Source: Octopus bimaculoides (lineage: Eukaryota). Taken from it: a stretch of DNA of 64,000 nt. Below are positions 26,007-37,569 of this stretch, in pieces. Location: positions 51,308,296-51,372,295 of the forward strand of contig NC_068997.1 in NCBI RefSeq assembly GCF_001194135.2. Reading direction: 5' to 3'. A model generated the notes under the pieces. It made no database searches and was not told the origin of the DNA. It saw only the letters and a program-made list of their open reading frames with translations. The translations under genes were made by a program, and so were the position numbers. Every line of letters starts with the position of its first letter. Position 1 is the stretch's first letter.

Positions 26007-26128
26007 ATATACAGTGCCATTTGTTCACAATCTTCTGTGAAAGCCTATTCAGAAGCAACTTGACCAAGAGGAGGCTGAGAGAGAAAGGAATAGAGGAGGA
26101 AGAATGATGAAAGAAAGAGATGAGGGAC

Positions 26129-26185
<57 letters not shown>

Positions 26186-27112
26186 TGTGTGAGGAAATAG
26201 AACCAGAGTGAGATGGTGTTAGAGAGGAAATAATTGTATACGTGATAGTAGCTTGCAAGGAGATGGGAGAGAAGAGACTTGACCAAGACAATGGCACAGA
26301 GAAAAAGAAAGAGAAAGAGAGAGAGAGAGAGATGAAAGAAAATTATAGTAAGACAGTGATAGAAGAGAAAGAATAACTGAAAAAATCCAGAATGACAAAA
26401 CTCCAAAATCTTTTCTAGCTTCGTCTATTTTATAAAGTATACCAAACAATGGCAATCTTTTGAACCACTCTTAGATCAGAATATTTGCCAATTATTACAA
26501 CATCTGTATTTTCTTTAAAAAAAAGAAGACAAAAAAAAAAGAAAAGAAAAAAATTCTTTATTTTCTAAAAATTATATAAAATTATTAACTGAAAGAAGGA
26601 ATTTTATTCAGATGTGCTCAGATGATATTATTGTTAATATTTTGTGATAAGCAGAATTCACAGATCCGTCTGTTAGTCTCTTACACGTGTTAGTCTACGG
26701 TAATTATTCTGGAAATTAGTGAGANNNNNNNNNNNNNNNNNNNNNNNNNNNNNNNNNNNNNNNNNNNNNNNNNNNNNNNNNNNNNNNNNNNNNNNNNNNN
26801 NNNNNNNNNNNNNNNNNNNNNNNNNNNNNNNNNNNNNNNNNNNNNNNNNNNNNNNNNTATATACATACATACATATTTATATATGTACACATGTGCATTC
26901 ACACATACGCACATCCATTATTGTATATATATATTTATATATATATGTATTTATATGTATATATACATACATATATATGTCTATATATGTGTGTATGTGT
27001 CTATATATATATAAATACATATGTCTGTATATATATGTGTGTGTGTATGTATATATATATATATGTGTGTGTATATATATATATGTATATATATATATAT
27101 GTGTGTGTGTGT

Positions 27113-27147
<35 letters not shown>

Positions 27148-27149
27148 CG

Positions 27150-27189
<40 letters not shown>

Positions 27190-27389
27190 CATATATATAT
27201 ACCTTTCCTTTCTTCCATGCTGTAATTATATCAACTCTGTCCAATTGTTCCTTGCTTTTGCCATTTTCTTTTTTCTTTTTTTTTTCTTTTTTATCTCTCT
27301 TTTCATTTTTATTCCCCTATCTTAGCAGGTTTCTTACCTGGATATTAATTACCTGGATTATTAATTAGAATACTTAGTTAAATTAAGTG

Positions 27390-28432
27390 CTCTCTACTCT
27401 CCCACTCCCACCCTCCCCATTGCAACATCACTCTTCCTTCCTCTCTCAATACTCTCTCTCTCTCTTTTTTCCACTCTCTCCTGCTCCCCCCTCTCTCTCT
27501 CTCTATATATATACACTGTTCCTTTCCCCTTTCTGGATACTCCCCCTCTCTTTATCCTTCTTACTTTCTCCCTCACTCTCATTCCCCCTCCCTTTATTTC
27601 TATTCATTCCTTTTTCCTTTCTTTTCTTCTTTTCCGTTTCTTATTTCTCATTCATCCTTGTCTTCTTCTTTGTCTTTCTTTCATATTTTTTTAAAATTTT
27701 GTTCCTCCTTCTTTTTCTTCTTTTGCTTTCCTTTTCTTTCTTTCTCGGTGCATCTGTCTCTGTTTTACCAAATTTATTGATCACTTCCTCCGTCCCCACC
27801 TTTACAACTCTCCCCCCCACCCTCCGCATTTCATTTTCACTCACCCCAACCCCCACATGCCTCCTTTTACATTTCTCCCTCTGCACCTCTCTTGTTCTTT
27901 CTCTGCCTCTCTCTTCTTCTCTCTCACTCTCTCACCCTGTCTTTCTTGCTCTTTTTTCTATCTCTCTCTTTCTCTTCTCTCTCACTCTCTCTCTTCTCTC
28001 TCACTCTGTCTCTCTCACTTTGTCTTTCTTGTTCTCTTCTCTCACTTTCTCTCTCTTCTGTCTCACTCTCACCCTTTCTTCTCTCTCACTCTGTCTTTCT
28101 TGCTCTCCTCTCTCACTCTCTCTTCTCTCTCTTCCTTTCTTCTTCTCTCTCTTCCTTTCTTCTTCTCTCTCTTCCTTTCTTCTTCTCTCTCTTCCTTTCT
28201 TCTTCTCTCTCTTCCTTTCTTCTTCTCTCTCTTCCTTTCTTCTTCTCTCTCTTCCTTTCTTCTCTCTCTTCCTTTCTTCTTCTCTCTCTTCCTTTCTTCT
28301 TCTCTCTCACTCTGTCTCACTCTCACCCTTTCTTCTCTCTCACTCTGTCTTCTCTCTCTCCCTTTCTTCTCTCTCACCCTGTCTTTCTTGCTCTCTTCTC
28401 TTCCTCTTTCTCTCTCTCTTTCTCTTCTTTCT

Positions 28433-28465
<33 letters not shown>
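27390..28465. repeat. Long polypyrimidine (CT/CTT) low-complexity tract with internal minisatellite
   Basis: ttcctttcttcttctctctc units at ~28130-28300; source of the 423-aa and 255-aa pseudo-ORFs. Confidence 0.9.
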
Positions 28466-28668
28466 GTCATACACATATTTCTTAACTCAAACACACATTC
28501 AAACATCCACATATATGTTTCCCCTCCTTTTCACATTGCTTCCTATAAACCAAAAACGCTTTCAACATCATTACACCTGTGTGAGGCTAAATATACATTC
28601 TATGATGAAGAATTTATTCCTTGAATCAGAGAAAGAGACAAAAAAATTGGTCTGCTAGATTGATTTCC

Positions 28669-29538
28669 TTAACCCTTCTGCATTCAGATTACTCTTTTAT
28701 TCTTTCAGTTATTTAAGTGTGGTCCTGCTGGAGCACTGCCTTTTGCCCTTTAGTTGAAGAAATTGACCCCAGGACTTATTCTTTGTATGCCTGTATCAGT
28801 CTGTTTTGCCGAATTGCTAAGTTATGGTGGCATAGACACACTCACGTCAGTTGTCAAGCAATGATGGGGAGACAAACACAGACATAAAGACACACACATA
28901 AATACACATATATTTTAATATTAATATTAATATTAATATTAATATCTTAAATTAATCATACTTCAGCTTGGAGATTTTAATGATGTGATTGCTTAGTCTT
29001 AAAATGACATTTTGCTTGAGAAGACCCTTCAAGCTAAGTAATGCTGATATCATGTAACTGGCACCAGTGCTGGTGGCATGTGAAGAGCACCTTTCAAGTA
29101 TTGGGCCTCACCGAAACAAAGTGGCCGAACACCTTTTGAGTGCTGGGCCTCACAGAGGCAATGACCAAGACCTTTGGTATCATGTCGTGCTTGAGAAGAA
29201 GACCCATCAAGCTGAGCAAAATCACCGTCATGGCAGATACTGATGTCACACAAATGGCGCCAGTAACATGTAAAAGCACCCATTACACTCACAGTGGTTG
29301 GCATTAAGAAGGGCATCCAGCTGTAGAAAATCATGCCGAATCAGACTGGAGTCTGCTGCAGGCTTCCAACTTTCCAGCCATGGTCAAACCGTCCAACCCA
29401 TGACAGCATGGACAACATACATTAAATGATGATGATGATGATGATTTTAGAGCAGGTATGAGAGATCAGGTCATTGGTATCATGAAACAGATTGAAAATT
29501 GGGGCCGGATATAACTGGTTTGAATGTTGAAAAGTTAA
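28669..29538 (+). mobile_element. piggyBac-type MITE hosting a SINE A fragment (-) and a (GAT)n retroposon
   Basis: ttaacccttctgcattcagattactct ... gaatgttgaaaagttaa, with insertions at ~28700-28900 and ~29010-29445. Confidence 0.6.
29010..29445 (+). mobile_element. (GAT)n-tailed retroposon
   Basis: Tail gaagggcatccagctgtagaaa...ccaacccatgacagcatgg...attaaatgatgatgat. Confidence 0.75.
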
Positions 29539-29809
29539 GCCATGCCTGAACTGTCATGCCATCGCCAATTCTACCAAGAACATTCATCAAAATAAATTCT
29601 TTAGTTTGGTTATCTATGAACGCTTCCTAACACTCCTTGACTGCCATGATTAAGACCCCTCTGCAACTCTTTTAGATGTGGTTCTTGCAAAACATTAAAG
29701 AGATTTCTGATCTGTAATTAAAACTTGATCTACTTCCCAGCACTTCTCCACCATAATTACCTGTTGCCATTAATGCATGCTACTATAATCAAATACTTCT
29801 TCTTTAAGC

Positions 29810-30790
29810 ATCTTATTATAATGCCGCATCAGCAATCTCTCTCCATTAGCTGTGCTTTGTTGTCAGTTCCAATGTTGTGTGTCACTGCCAATAACATCAA
29901 TGTAGATGAATGGTTGTTTTCTGATAGAGTACAGAGGCTTCCAAACTATAACATCCAATATGCCCTGTTGTTCAGCATGGTAGCATTGGCCAGTAAAGCC
30001 TATCTTGCATTGAATAATCCTTTCTAGTGGAGGCACAAGGCCTCAAATTTGTAGGGTGGTGACTAGTCAATTTTATCAACCCCAGTGTTTCACTGGTACT
30101 TGATTTATCAACCCCGAAAGGACAAAAGACAAAGTGGACCTCGGTGGAATTTGAACTCCGAACGTAGCAACAGGTGAAATACCACTAAGCATCCCTGCCT
30201 TGAATAATAACATTAGAGATGAGTGGAATGTGTCAAATCTCCTTTTTGGTTTTGTGCTGATGCCATGAGAAGATTTGGGGCCCATGATGTATGAAACCTG
30301 GTGTATGAGGCATCAAGGTGATCTTGAGGGTCCTTTTTCACGGGTGTAGGTGCAGTTGTGTGGTTAGAAATTTGCTTCTCAACCGCATGCTTCTGGGTTC
30401 AGTTCCATTGCGTGGCACCTTGAGCAAGTGTCTTTTGGTAATCAGAGCAGGTCTCCTGACTCAAGTGTGGACTGGACCCAGTTATCAAAGCTGTGAGGTT
30501 TCAATCCTAAGCCTTGTTAGACAGGCACATCAGGCTAGTCTCTTCCAAGTAAGGAAGTCTTATTGTCAGTAACATTGGACTCTTAAGCATTTGAAGTCAC
30601 TTCCTCAAGTTGTATGCCATCTTTGGAACAAATTGGCTGATGTCTTTTATCTTCATTGTTGGTCATATATTCAATCTTCTTTCTATTGAGGAAGAGATCA
30701 TCTTTAGCTGCTGTGCTCTCAAGGGATGTTAATATGCTTTGCACCTCACACATCACGCATCAACAAGCTGTCAGTGCAAAATGGTTAGGA
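29810..30790 (-). pseudogene. Decayed RTE-like LINE reverse transcriptase and C-terminus, interrupted by SINEs
   Basis: Minus strand reads EVQSILTSLESTAAKDDLFLNRKKIEYMTN...DGIQLEEV (30600-30750) and CKIGFTGQCYHAEQQGILDVIVWKP...PFIYIDVIG (29870-30010), resembling LINE RT post-YADD and C-terminal RLRFAGH motifs. Clade assignment is tentative. Confidence 0.65.
30020..30205 (-). mobile_element. SINE family B
   Basis: Reverse complement of gttcggagttcaaattccaccgaggtccactttg...ggggttgataaatcaagtaccag...ccttgtgcc. Confidence 0.75.
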
Positions 30791-31277
30791 CAATCAACAC
30801 TAGAGAGATTTATGCTCTGTTGATATCTCGATTGTTTCTGCCACTTACCAATGCTACCATAACAGTATTGGCCATAATGATAAAATGTGTCACATATAAA
30901 TTTCTTTAGATTCAAAGCAAACACTAATTCACCAATTCTCTTCCAGCTAATATCACTGACAAACACAACAATCAAACAAATCCTATGACCAACATCACAG
31001 ACACAGGCATGGCTGTGTGCTAAGAAGCTTGCTTCCCAACCGCATATTCTCAGGTTCAGTCTCACAGTGTGGCACCTTGGGGAAGTCTCTTCTACTATAG
31101 CCTCAGGCTGACCAAAGCCTTGTAAATGGATCCTGTGCTGGTGGCTGCTTCTTGAAAGCACCAAATACACTCTGTAAAGTAGTTGGTGATAGGAAGGGCA
31201 TCCAGCCACAGAATCCATATCAAAGCAGACTCAATTGACCGAAACAAATGAAATAATAAAAGAATACACAAGGGAGT

Positions 31278-31516
31278 ACATTATTTCCATTTGACAGATA
31301 TTTGTCCTCATCTTGTTTGTTGTTAACACAGCGTTTCGGCTGATATACTCTCCAGCCTTCATCAGGTGTCTTGGGGAAATTTTGAACTTGGGTTCTCATT
31401 CCTAAGGTATTTTTCGATGTATTATTATTACTATTATTATTCAGGTCACTGCTTGGAATTGAACTCGGAATCTTGGGGTTAGTAGCCCATGCTCTTAACC
31501 ACTACACCATATGCCC
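31278..31516 (-). mobile_element. Composite tRNA-head/(AAT)n/hammerhead element, full tRNA-like head
   Basis: Minus strand: GGGCATATGGTGTAGTGGTTAAGAGCATGGGCTACTAACCCCAAGATTCCGAGTTCAATTCCAAGCAGTGACC (31516-31444), then (aat)n and the hammerhead module. Confidence 0.8.
31325..31370 (-). ncRNA. Minimal hammerhead motif (U16.1>C)
   Basis: GACAC CTGATGA a GGCTG gagagtatat CAGCC GAAA CG C T GTGTT. Confidence 0.55.
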
Positions 31517-31524
31517 GTGAATAG

Positions 31525-31757
31525 TAATAATAATAATAAAAATAGTAATAACAATAATAACAACAACAATAATAATAATAACAACAACAACATCGAAAAA
31601 TACCTTAGGAATGAGAACCCAGGTTCGAAATTTCCCCAAGACACCTGAAGAAGGCTGGAGGGTATATCAGCCGAAACGTGTTAACAACAAACAAGATGAG
31701 GACGAATATCCGTCAAAAGTAAATAATGTACATAATCCCTCATCTCTTAAATACAGA
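31525..31757 (+). mobile_element. (AAT)n + hammerhead module, inverted partner of 31278-31516
   Basis: Same module on the + strand, ending cctcatctcttaaatacaga. Confidence 0.8.
31640..31682 (+). ncRNA. Minimal hammerhead motif (2-nt deletion at cleavage site)
   Basis: GACAC CTGAAGA a GGCTG gagggtatat CAGCC GAAA CGT GTT. Confidence 0.45.
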
Positions 31758-31761
31758 ACAC

Positions 31762-31971
31762 AAGGGAGTGTTTCAAAATTCCTGGTTTTGGGTAAAAAAA
31801 AAAAATAACAGGAGGATCAGTTAATTATGATTTTATTCAACATATTCCCCTCTCAGATTCACACACTTATTGCAGCAGTCCTTCAGTTTTTCTCAGCCCT
31901 GTAAAAGAACTTGGAATGTTGGGCCTTTCATGATACCCTTAAAACAACGAACTTTTCAGTACCCCTTCGTA
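31762..31971 (-). mobile_element. Mariner-derived MITE
   Basis: Ends agggagtgtttcaaaattcc and gaacttttcagtaccccttcgta. The interior is the transposase 3' end (family reading QGLEKLKD.CNKCVNLRGEYVE*). Confidence 0.75.
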
Positions 31972-32607
31972 TAAAAACACACACACACACAAGACACACA
32001 TTTGTGTGTCTTGTTGTGTGAAGTATTAAAAAAATGTATACAAACGTCCTGTCATAATACAGATTTTTAGATGTTTATCATTGACTTCATAATAAGCAAA
32101 TACTTCAATGTTTTGACTAGGTGTGGGCTTGAAACATTTGTCACTTGGTCAACTTCAGCTTTTCACACACAACACACATACTCACACACACACACACACA
32201 AACATGGAGTGAACTATATACAGACACATACAATGACATACATACATCCACGTCCTCAAACACGCATACACTTTTGCATACTGTCTTGTTTTTGTACTTG
32301 TTTACAGTAGAAATGTATTTACAGTCCCCCCTTCTCCCTTTTTATTCATGTATTGTGTATATGCATGTATATAAGTATATGTGTGTATGTATCATGTATA
32401 CATTCATAGACATATATGTGTGTATATACATGTATATTTGTATGTTATATGCACACATGTGTGTTGCATGTTTATGTGTGTATACATGTATGTGTATACA
32501 CAGACACATACACATATAAAAATGGAATACACTTATGTACATATGTGTATGTGTATGTATCATGTATATATTCATAGATATATATGAGTATGTCTTCATG
32601 TATATGT

Positions 32608-32900
32608 GGAGGCGCAATGGCCCAGTGGTTAGGGCAGTGGACTCGTGGTCGGAGGATCGTGGTTTCGATTCCCAGACTGGGCGTTGTATGTGTTTATTGA
32701 GCGCAAACACCTAAAGCTCCACGAGACTCTGGCAGGGGGTAGTGGTGGCCCCTGTTGTACTCTTTTGCCCCAACTTTCTCTCGCTCTTTCTTCCTGTTTC
32801 TTGAGTAATGCTGCGATGGACTTGTGTGCCGTCCAGCTGGCGGGAAATACAGACGCCATAGAAACCGGGCCCATGAGCCTGGCTAGGCTTTAAAAGGTGC
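32608..32900 (+). mobile_element. tRNA-derived SINE family C, tail type 1
   Basis: A box TGGCCCAGTGG (32618), B box GGTTTCGATTCC (32661), and tail gctgcgatggac...gtccagctgg...gaaaccgggcccatgagcc. Confidence 0.85.
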
Positions 32901-33809
32901 AAGAGAGATTCATGTATATATGTATATTATACACCTACATGTGTGTGTGTTGCATGTTTATATGTGTATGCATGTATGCGTATACACAGACACAGGCACA
33001 CAAACATAAAAAATGCAATACACTTATACACATGTGTGTGTATGTGTGTATGTACATGTGTGTGTGTATGTACATGTGTGTGTGTGTATATGCTTNNNNN
33101 NNNNNNNNNNNNNNNNNNNNNNNNNNNNNNNNNNNNNNNNNNNNNNNNNNNNNNNNNNNNNNNNNNNNNNNNNNNNNNNNNNNNNNNNNNNNNNNNNNNN
33201 NNNNNNNNNNNNNNNNNNNNNNNNNNNNNNNNNNNNNNNNNNNNNNNNNNNNNNNNNNNNNNNNNNNNNNNNNNNNNNNNNNNNNNNNNNNNNNNNNNNN
33301 NNNNNNNNNNNNNNNNNNNNNNNNNNNNNNNNNNNNNNNNNNNNNNNNNNNNNNNNNNNNNNNNNNNNNNNNNNNNNNNNNNNNNNNNNNNNNNNNNNNN
33401 NNNNNNNNNNNNNNNNNNNNNNNNNNNNNNNNNNNNNNNNNNNNNNNNNNNNNNNNNNNNNNNNNNNNNNNNNNNNNNNNNNNNNNNNNNNNNNNNNNNN
33501 NNNNNNNNNNNNNNNNNNNNNNNNNNNNNNNNNNNNNNNNNNNNNNNNNNNNNNNNNNNNNNNNNNNNNNNNNNNNNNNNNNNNNNNNNNNNNNNNNNNN
33601 NNNNNNNNNNNNNNNNNNNNNNNNNNNNNATATGTATGTATGTATATACATATATGTATTACATATGTGTATATATGAAGTCTACTATGTACTACATGCA
33701 TACATATCTATCTATCTATCTATCTATCTATATATATATATATATACCAAGGCATGATCCATGGTTGTTTTGGGTTAGTAACAGTGGTAATAGCATTAGC
33801 AGCTGGAGA

Positions 33810-33828
33810 AGTATCGTCATCGTCATCG

Positions 33829-33868
<40 letters not shown>

Positions 33869-33988
33869 AACATCGTCATCATAGTCATCATCATCATCAC
33901 CATCATCACCATCATCATCATTATCACCACCACCATCATCATCATCATCATCATCATCATAACATCGTCATCATCGTCATCATCAACA

Positions 33989-34072
<84 letters not shown>

Positions 34073-34075
34073 GCG
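33810..34075. repeat. Graded triplet array (ATC)n>(GTC)n>(GGC)n
   Basis: Direct inspection. Confidence 0.9.
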
Positions 34076-34781
34076 GGAGAAACAGCAGAGGCTGGCATTG
34101 GTGTAAGAGAACAAATTAACATGTTAAGATCTATCTACATATATACACAACGCATACCACACATACATATACACACAGCTTATAAAAATTCCCCAAACAC
34201 TTTCTACTCATGTTTCTCCCTAGTTGCACATTTGATGACATTCATGTACAGTGGTGCTCCTGCTGTCATTGCATACAGACACGGGAGAGGTACCATATGT
34301 GTGTGTGTATGTATATATATATATGTATTTGTGTATATATATGTATGTGTGTGTATATATATGCATGTGTGTATATATATGTATGTGTGTGTATATATAT
34401 NNNNNNNNNNNNNNNNNNNNNNNNNNNNNNNNNNNNNNNNNNNNNNNNNNNNNNNNNNNNNNNNNNNNNNNNNNNNNNNNNNNNNNNNNNNNNNNNNNNN
34501 NNNNNNNNNNNNNNNNNNNNNNNNNNNNNNNNNNNNNNNNNNNNNNNNNNNNNNNNNNNNNNNNNNNNNNNNNNNNNNNNNNNNNNNNNNNNNNNNNNNN
34601 NNNNNNNNNNNNNNNNNNNNNNNNNNNNNNNNNNNNNNNNNNNNNNNNNNNNNNNNNNNNNNNNNNNNNNNNNNNNNNNNNNNNNNNNNNNNNNNNNNNN
34701 NNNNNNNNNNNNNNNNNNNNNNNNNNNNNNNNNNNNNNNNNNNNNNNNNNNNNNNNNNNNNNNNNNNNNNNNNNNNNNNNN

Positions 34782-34852
<71 letters not shown>

Positions 34853-35268
34853 CTATACATGTATGTATATATATGTATATATGTATATATATCTATACAT
34901 GTATGTATCTATATATGTATATATGTATGTATATGTATATATATATGTATATATATATATATGTATATGTGTGTATAAATATGTATATGTGTGTGTATTT
35001 GAGCCTGTGAGAAGTGTTTATAGATTCTGTAATGTCATTTCATGAATACCAAGAACATTGTAAAACATCCAATACCTTAGGTGTGGCCCTGTGATTGAGA
35101 AATTTGACGCCCAACCATGTGGTTTTGGGTTCAGTCTCACTGTATGACACCTCAATCTTTTACTGTAGCCTCAATATGTCCAAAACTGTGTGAGCGGATC
35201 TGATCGAACCCAGATAAGCCTGTTATGTTGTGTATGAGTGTGTTTGTGTATGTATGATTATTTTTATG

Positions 35269-35318
<50 letters not shown>

Positions 35319-36529
35319 CAAGAAATGAGGGCAGNNNNNNNNNNNNNNNNNNNNNNNNNNNNNNNNNNNNNNNNNNNNNNNNNNNNNNNNNNNNNNNNNN
35401 NNNNNNNNNNNNNNNNNNNNNNNNNNNNNNNNNNNNNNNNNNNNNNNNNNNNNNNNNNNNNNNNNNNNNNNNNNNNNNNNNNNNNNNNNNNNNNNNNNNN
35501 NNNNNNNNNNNNNNNNNNNNNNNNNNNNNNNNNNNNNNNNNNNNNNNNNNNNNNNNNNNNNNNNNNNNNNNNNNNNNNNNNNNNNNNNNNNNNNNNNNNN
35601 NNNNNNNNNNNNNNNNNNNNNNNNNNNNNNNNNNNNNNNNNNNNNNNNNNNNNNNNNNNNNNNNNNNNNNNNNNNNNNNNNNNNNNNNNNNNNNNNNNNN
35701 NNNNNNNNNNNNNNNNNNNNNNNNNNNNNNNNNNNNNNNNNNNNNNNNNNNNNNNNNNNNNNNNNNNNNNNNNNNNNNNNNNNNNNNNNNNNNNNNNNNN
35801 NNNNNNNNNNNNNNNNNNNNNNNNNNNNNNNNNNNNNNNNNNNNNNNNNNNNNNNNNNNNNNNNNNNNNNNNNNNNNNNNNNNNNNNNNNNNNNNNNNNN
35901 NNNNNNNNNNNNNNNNNNNNNNNNNNNNNNNNNNNNNNNNNNNNNNNNNNNNNNNNNNNNNNNNNNNNNNNNNNNNNNNNNNNNNNNNNNNNNNNNNNNN
36001 NNNNNNNNNNNNNNNNNNNNNNNNNNNNNNNNNNNNNNNNNNNNNNNNNNNNNNNNNNNNNNNNNNNNNNNNNNNNNNNNNNNNNNNNNNNNNNNNNNNN
36101 NNNNNNNNNNNNNNNNNNNNNNNNNNNNNNNNNNNNNNNNNNNNNNNNNNNNNNNNNNNNNNNNNNNNNNNNNNNNNNNNNNNNNNNNNNNNNNNNNNNN
36201 NNNNNNNNNNNNNNNNNNNNNNNNNNNNNNNNNNNNNNNNNNNNNNNNNNNNNNNNNNNNNNNNNNNNNNNNNNNNNNNNNNNNNNNNNNNNNNNNNNNN
36301 NNNNNNNNNNNNNNNNNNNNNNNTGTCATCCCAGGAAATAATGGTTTAATACTGAATATTTGGGGGGGGGAGTATTATTATCCATAGAATAATAGGTTTA
36401 TATATAAACCTTGGTTTATAATCATGTGACTGAAAAATGAGAAAATGGAGATATTGAAGTTAATAAGAGATTATTATCAGCAAAAAATTTATCATTATTC
36501 CTGAAAGTGACCATTATACCATATATCAT

Positions 36530-36800
36530 CATCATCATCATCATCATCATCTTCATCATCGTTTTACGTCCGTTTTCCACGCTGGCATGGGTTGGATGGT
36601 TCGACTGGGGTCTGGGAAGCCAGGAGGCTGCACCAGGCTCCAATCTGATCTGGCAGTGTTTCTACAGATGAATGCCCTTCCTAACGCCAACCACTCCGAG
36701 ATTGTACCGGTGCATTTTACGTGCCACCGGCACGGAAGCCAGTCAAGGCGGCGCTGGCATCGGCCATGTTCGGACGGTGCTTTTACGTGTCACTGGCACA
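36530..36800 (-). mobile_element. (GAT)n-tailed retroposon
   Basis: (atc)n-gttttacgtccgttttccacgctggcatgggttgg...cttcctaacgccaaccactcc. Confidence 0.8.
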
Positions 36801-37261
36801 AGGATCACAGCTTCAATTTCTATTTGATTTTGATTTTGATGTACTTGACTCAATAGGTCGCCTCAACCATGGCATGTCACCCTATGATCCAAAGTACTTT
36901 TTGAGGTACTTAACGGTATGAGTATGAAATACAAAATATGTATATGTTTATACATGCAAAACGAGGAGACTTATAAACGATAAATATTTAAGTATAAATA
37001 TATAGATATTTGTATTAATACATCCAGCTTGCACAGAGTGCAAATGACAGAGAAACAGCTGTTTCTGAAGGCTTGGAGATCCATGATCATAATGTTGGTA
37101 GATGTAATACATCACAATATGTGGCCAAAATGGATAATCAACATTGGATAAATCGAGTATCTGTTATCAGGTTAGAAAAGGTTTACATTTCAAGTCTTAA
37201 TGCAGAGATGTTTCTCTAATACAGCTACCTCTCCACATTTAATCGTCCCGCCTTTGAACTT

Positions 37262-37569
37262 CTCAAATTAGTGAGATGTGCAACATGGCAATACTGCGAT
37301 GTGCAGCATGTTGATGCTGAGATGTGCCGCATAACAGTATCAATATGTGCAACATAGCAGTATTGAAGTATGCAACACGTTTATACATAGGGATGTGTAG
37401 TATGATAATACTGGCTCATGCAATATATCAATAATGTGATATGCAGCATGACCATATTGCAATGTGCACCATGTCGATATTGAGACATGCAATGCTGCAG
37501 TACTAATATATGCAACAGGTCAATAGTGGAAATGCAACATTTCACTACTGGCATTGTGCAGTATGTCAG
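37262..37569. repeat. Degenerate ~22-25 bp minisatellite (atgtgcaacat..ca.tat.ga)
   Basis: Recurrent tgtgcaacat / atgcagcat cores running into an N gap. Confidence 0.6.

Noticed and set aside
27387-28658. 423-aa Leu/Ser/Phe-rich ORF, the longest in the track
   Set aside because: It is open only because the polypyrimidine tract cannot encode stops; no domain is recognisable.
29500-30010. Initial impression of a Gypsy integrase (YWP, IDVIG, NGNR)
   Set aside because: A LINE C-terminal reading fits better and is collinear with the RT fragment at 30600-30790.
31444-31516. Possible tRNA gene (anticodon loop CTACTAA)
   Set aside because: The acceptor and T stems pair poorly and it is fused to a repeat module; it is a SINE head, as are 32608 and 42187.
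37028-37225. ~65-codon stop-free frames on both strands
   Set aside because: No recognisable homology and only weak splice sites; within chance expectation.
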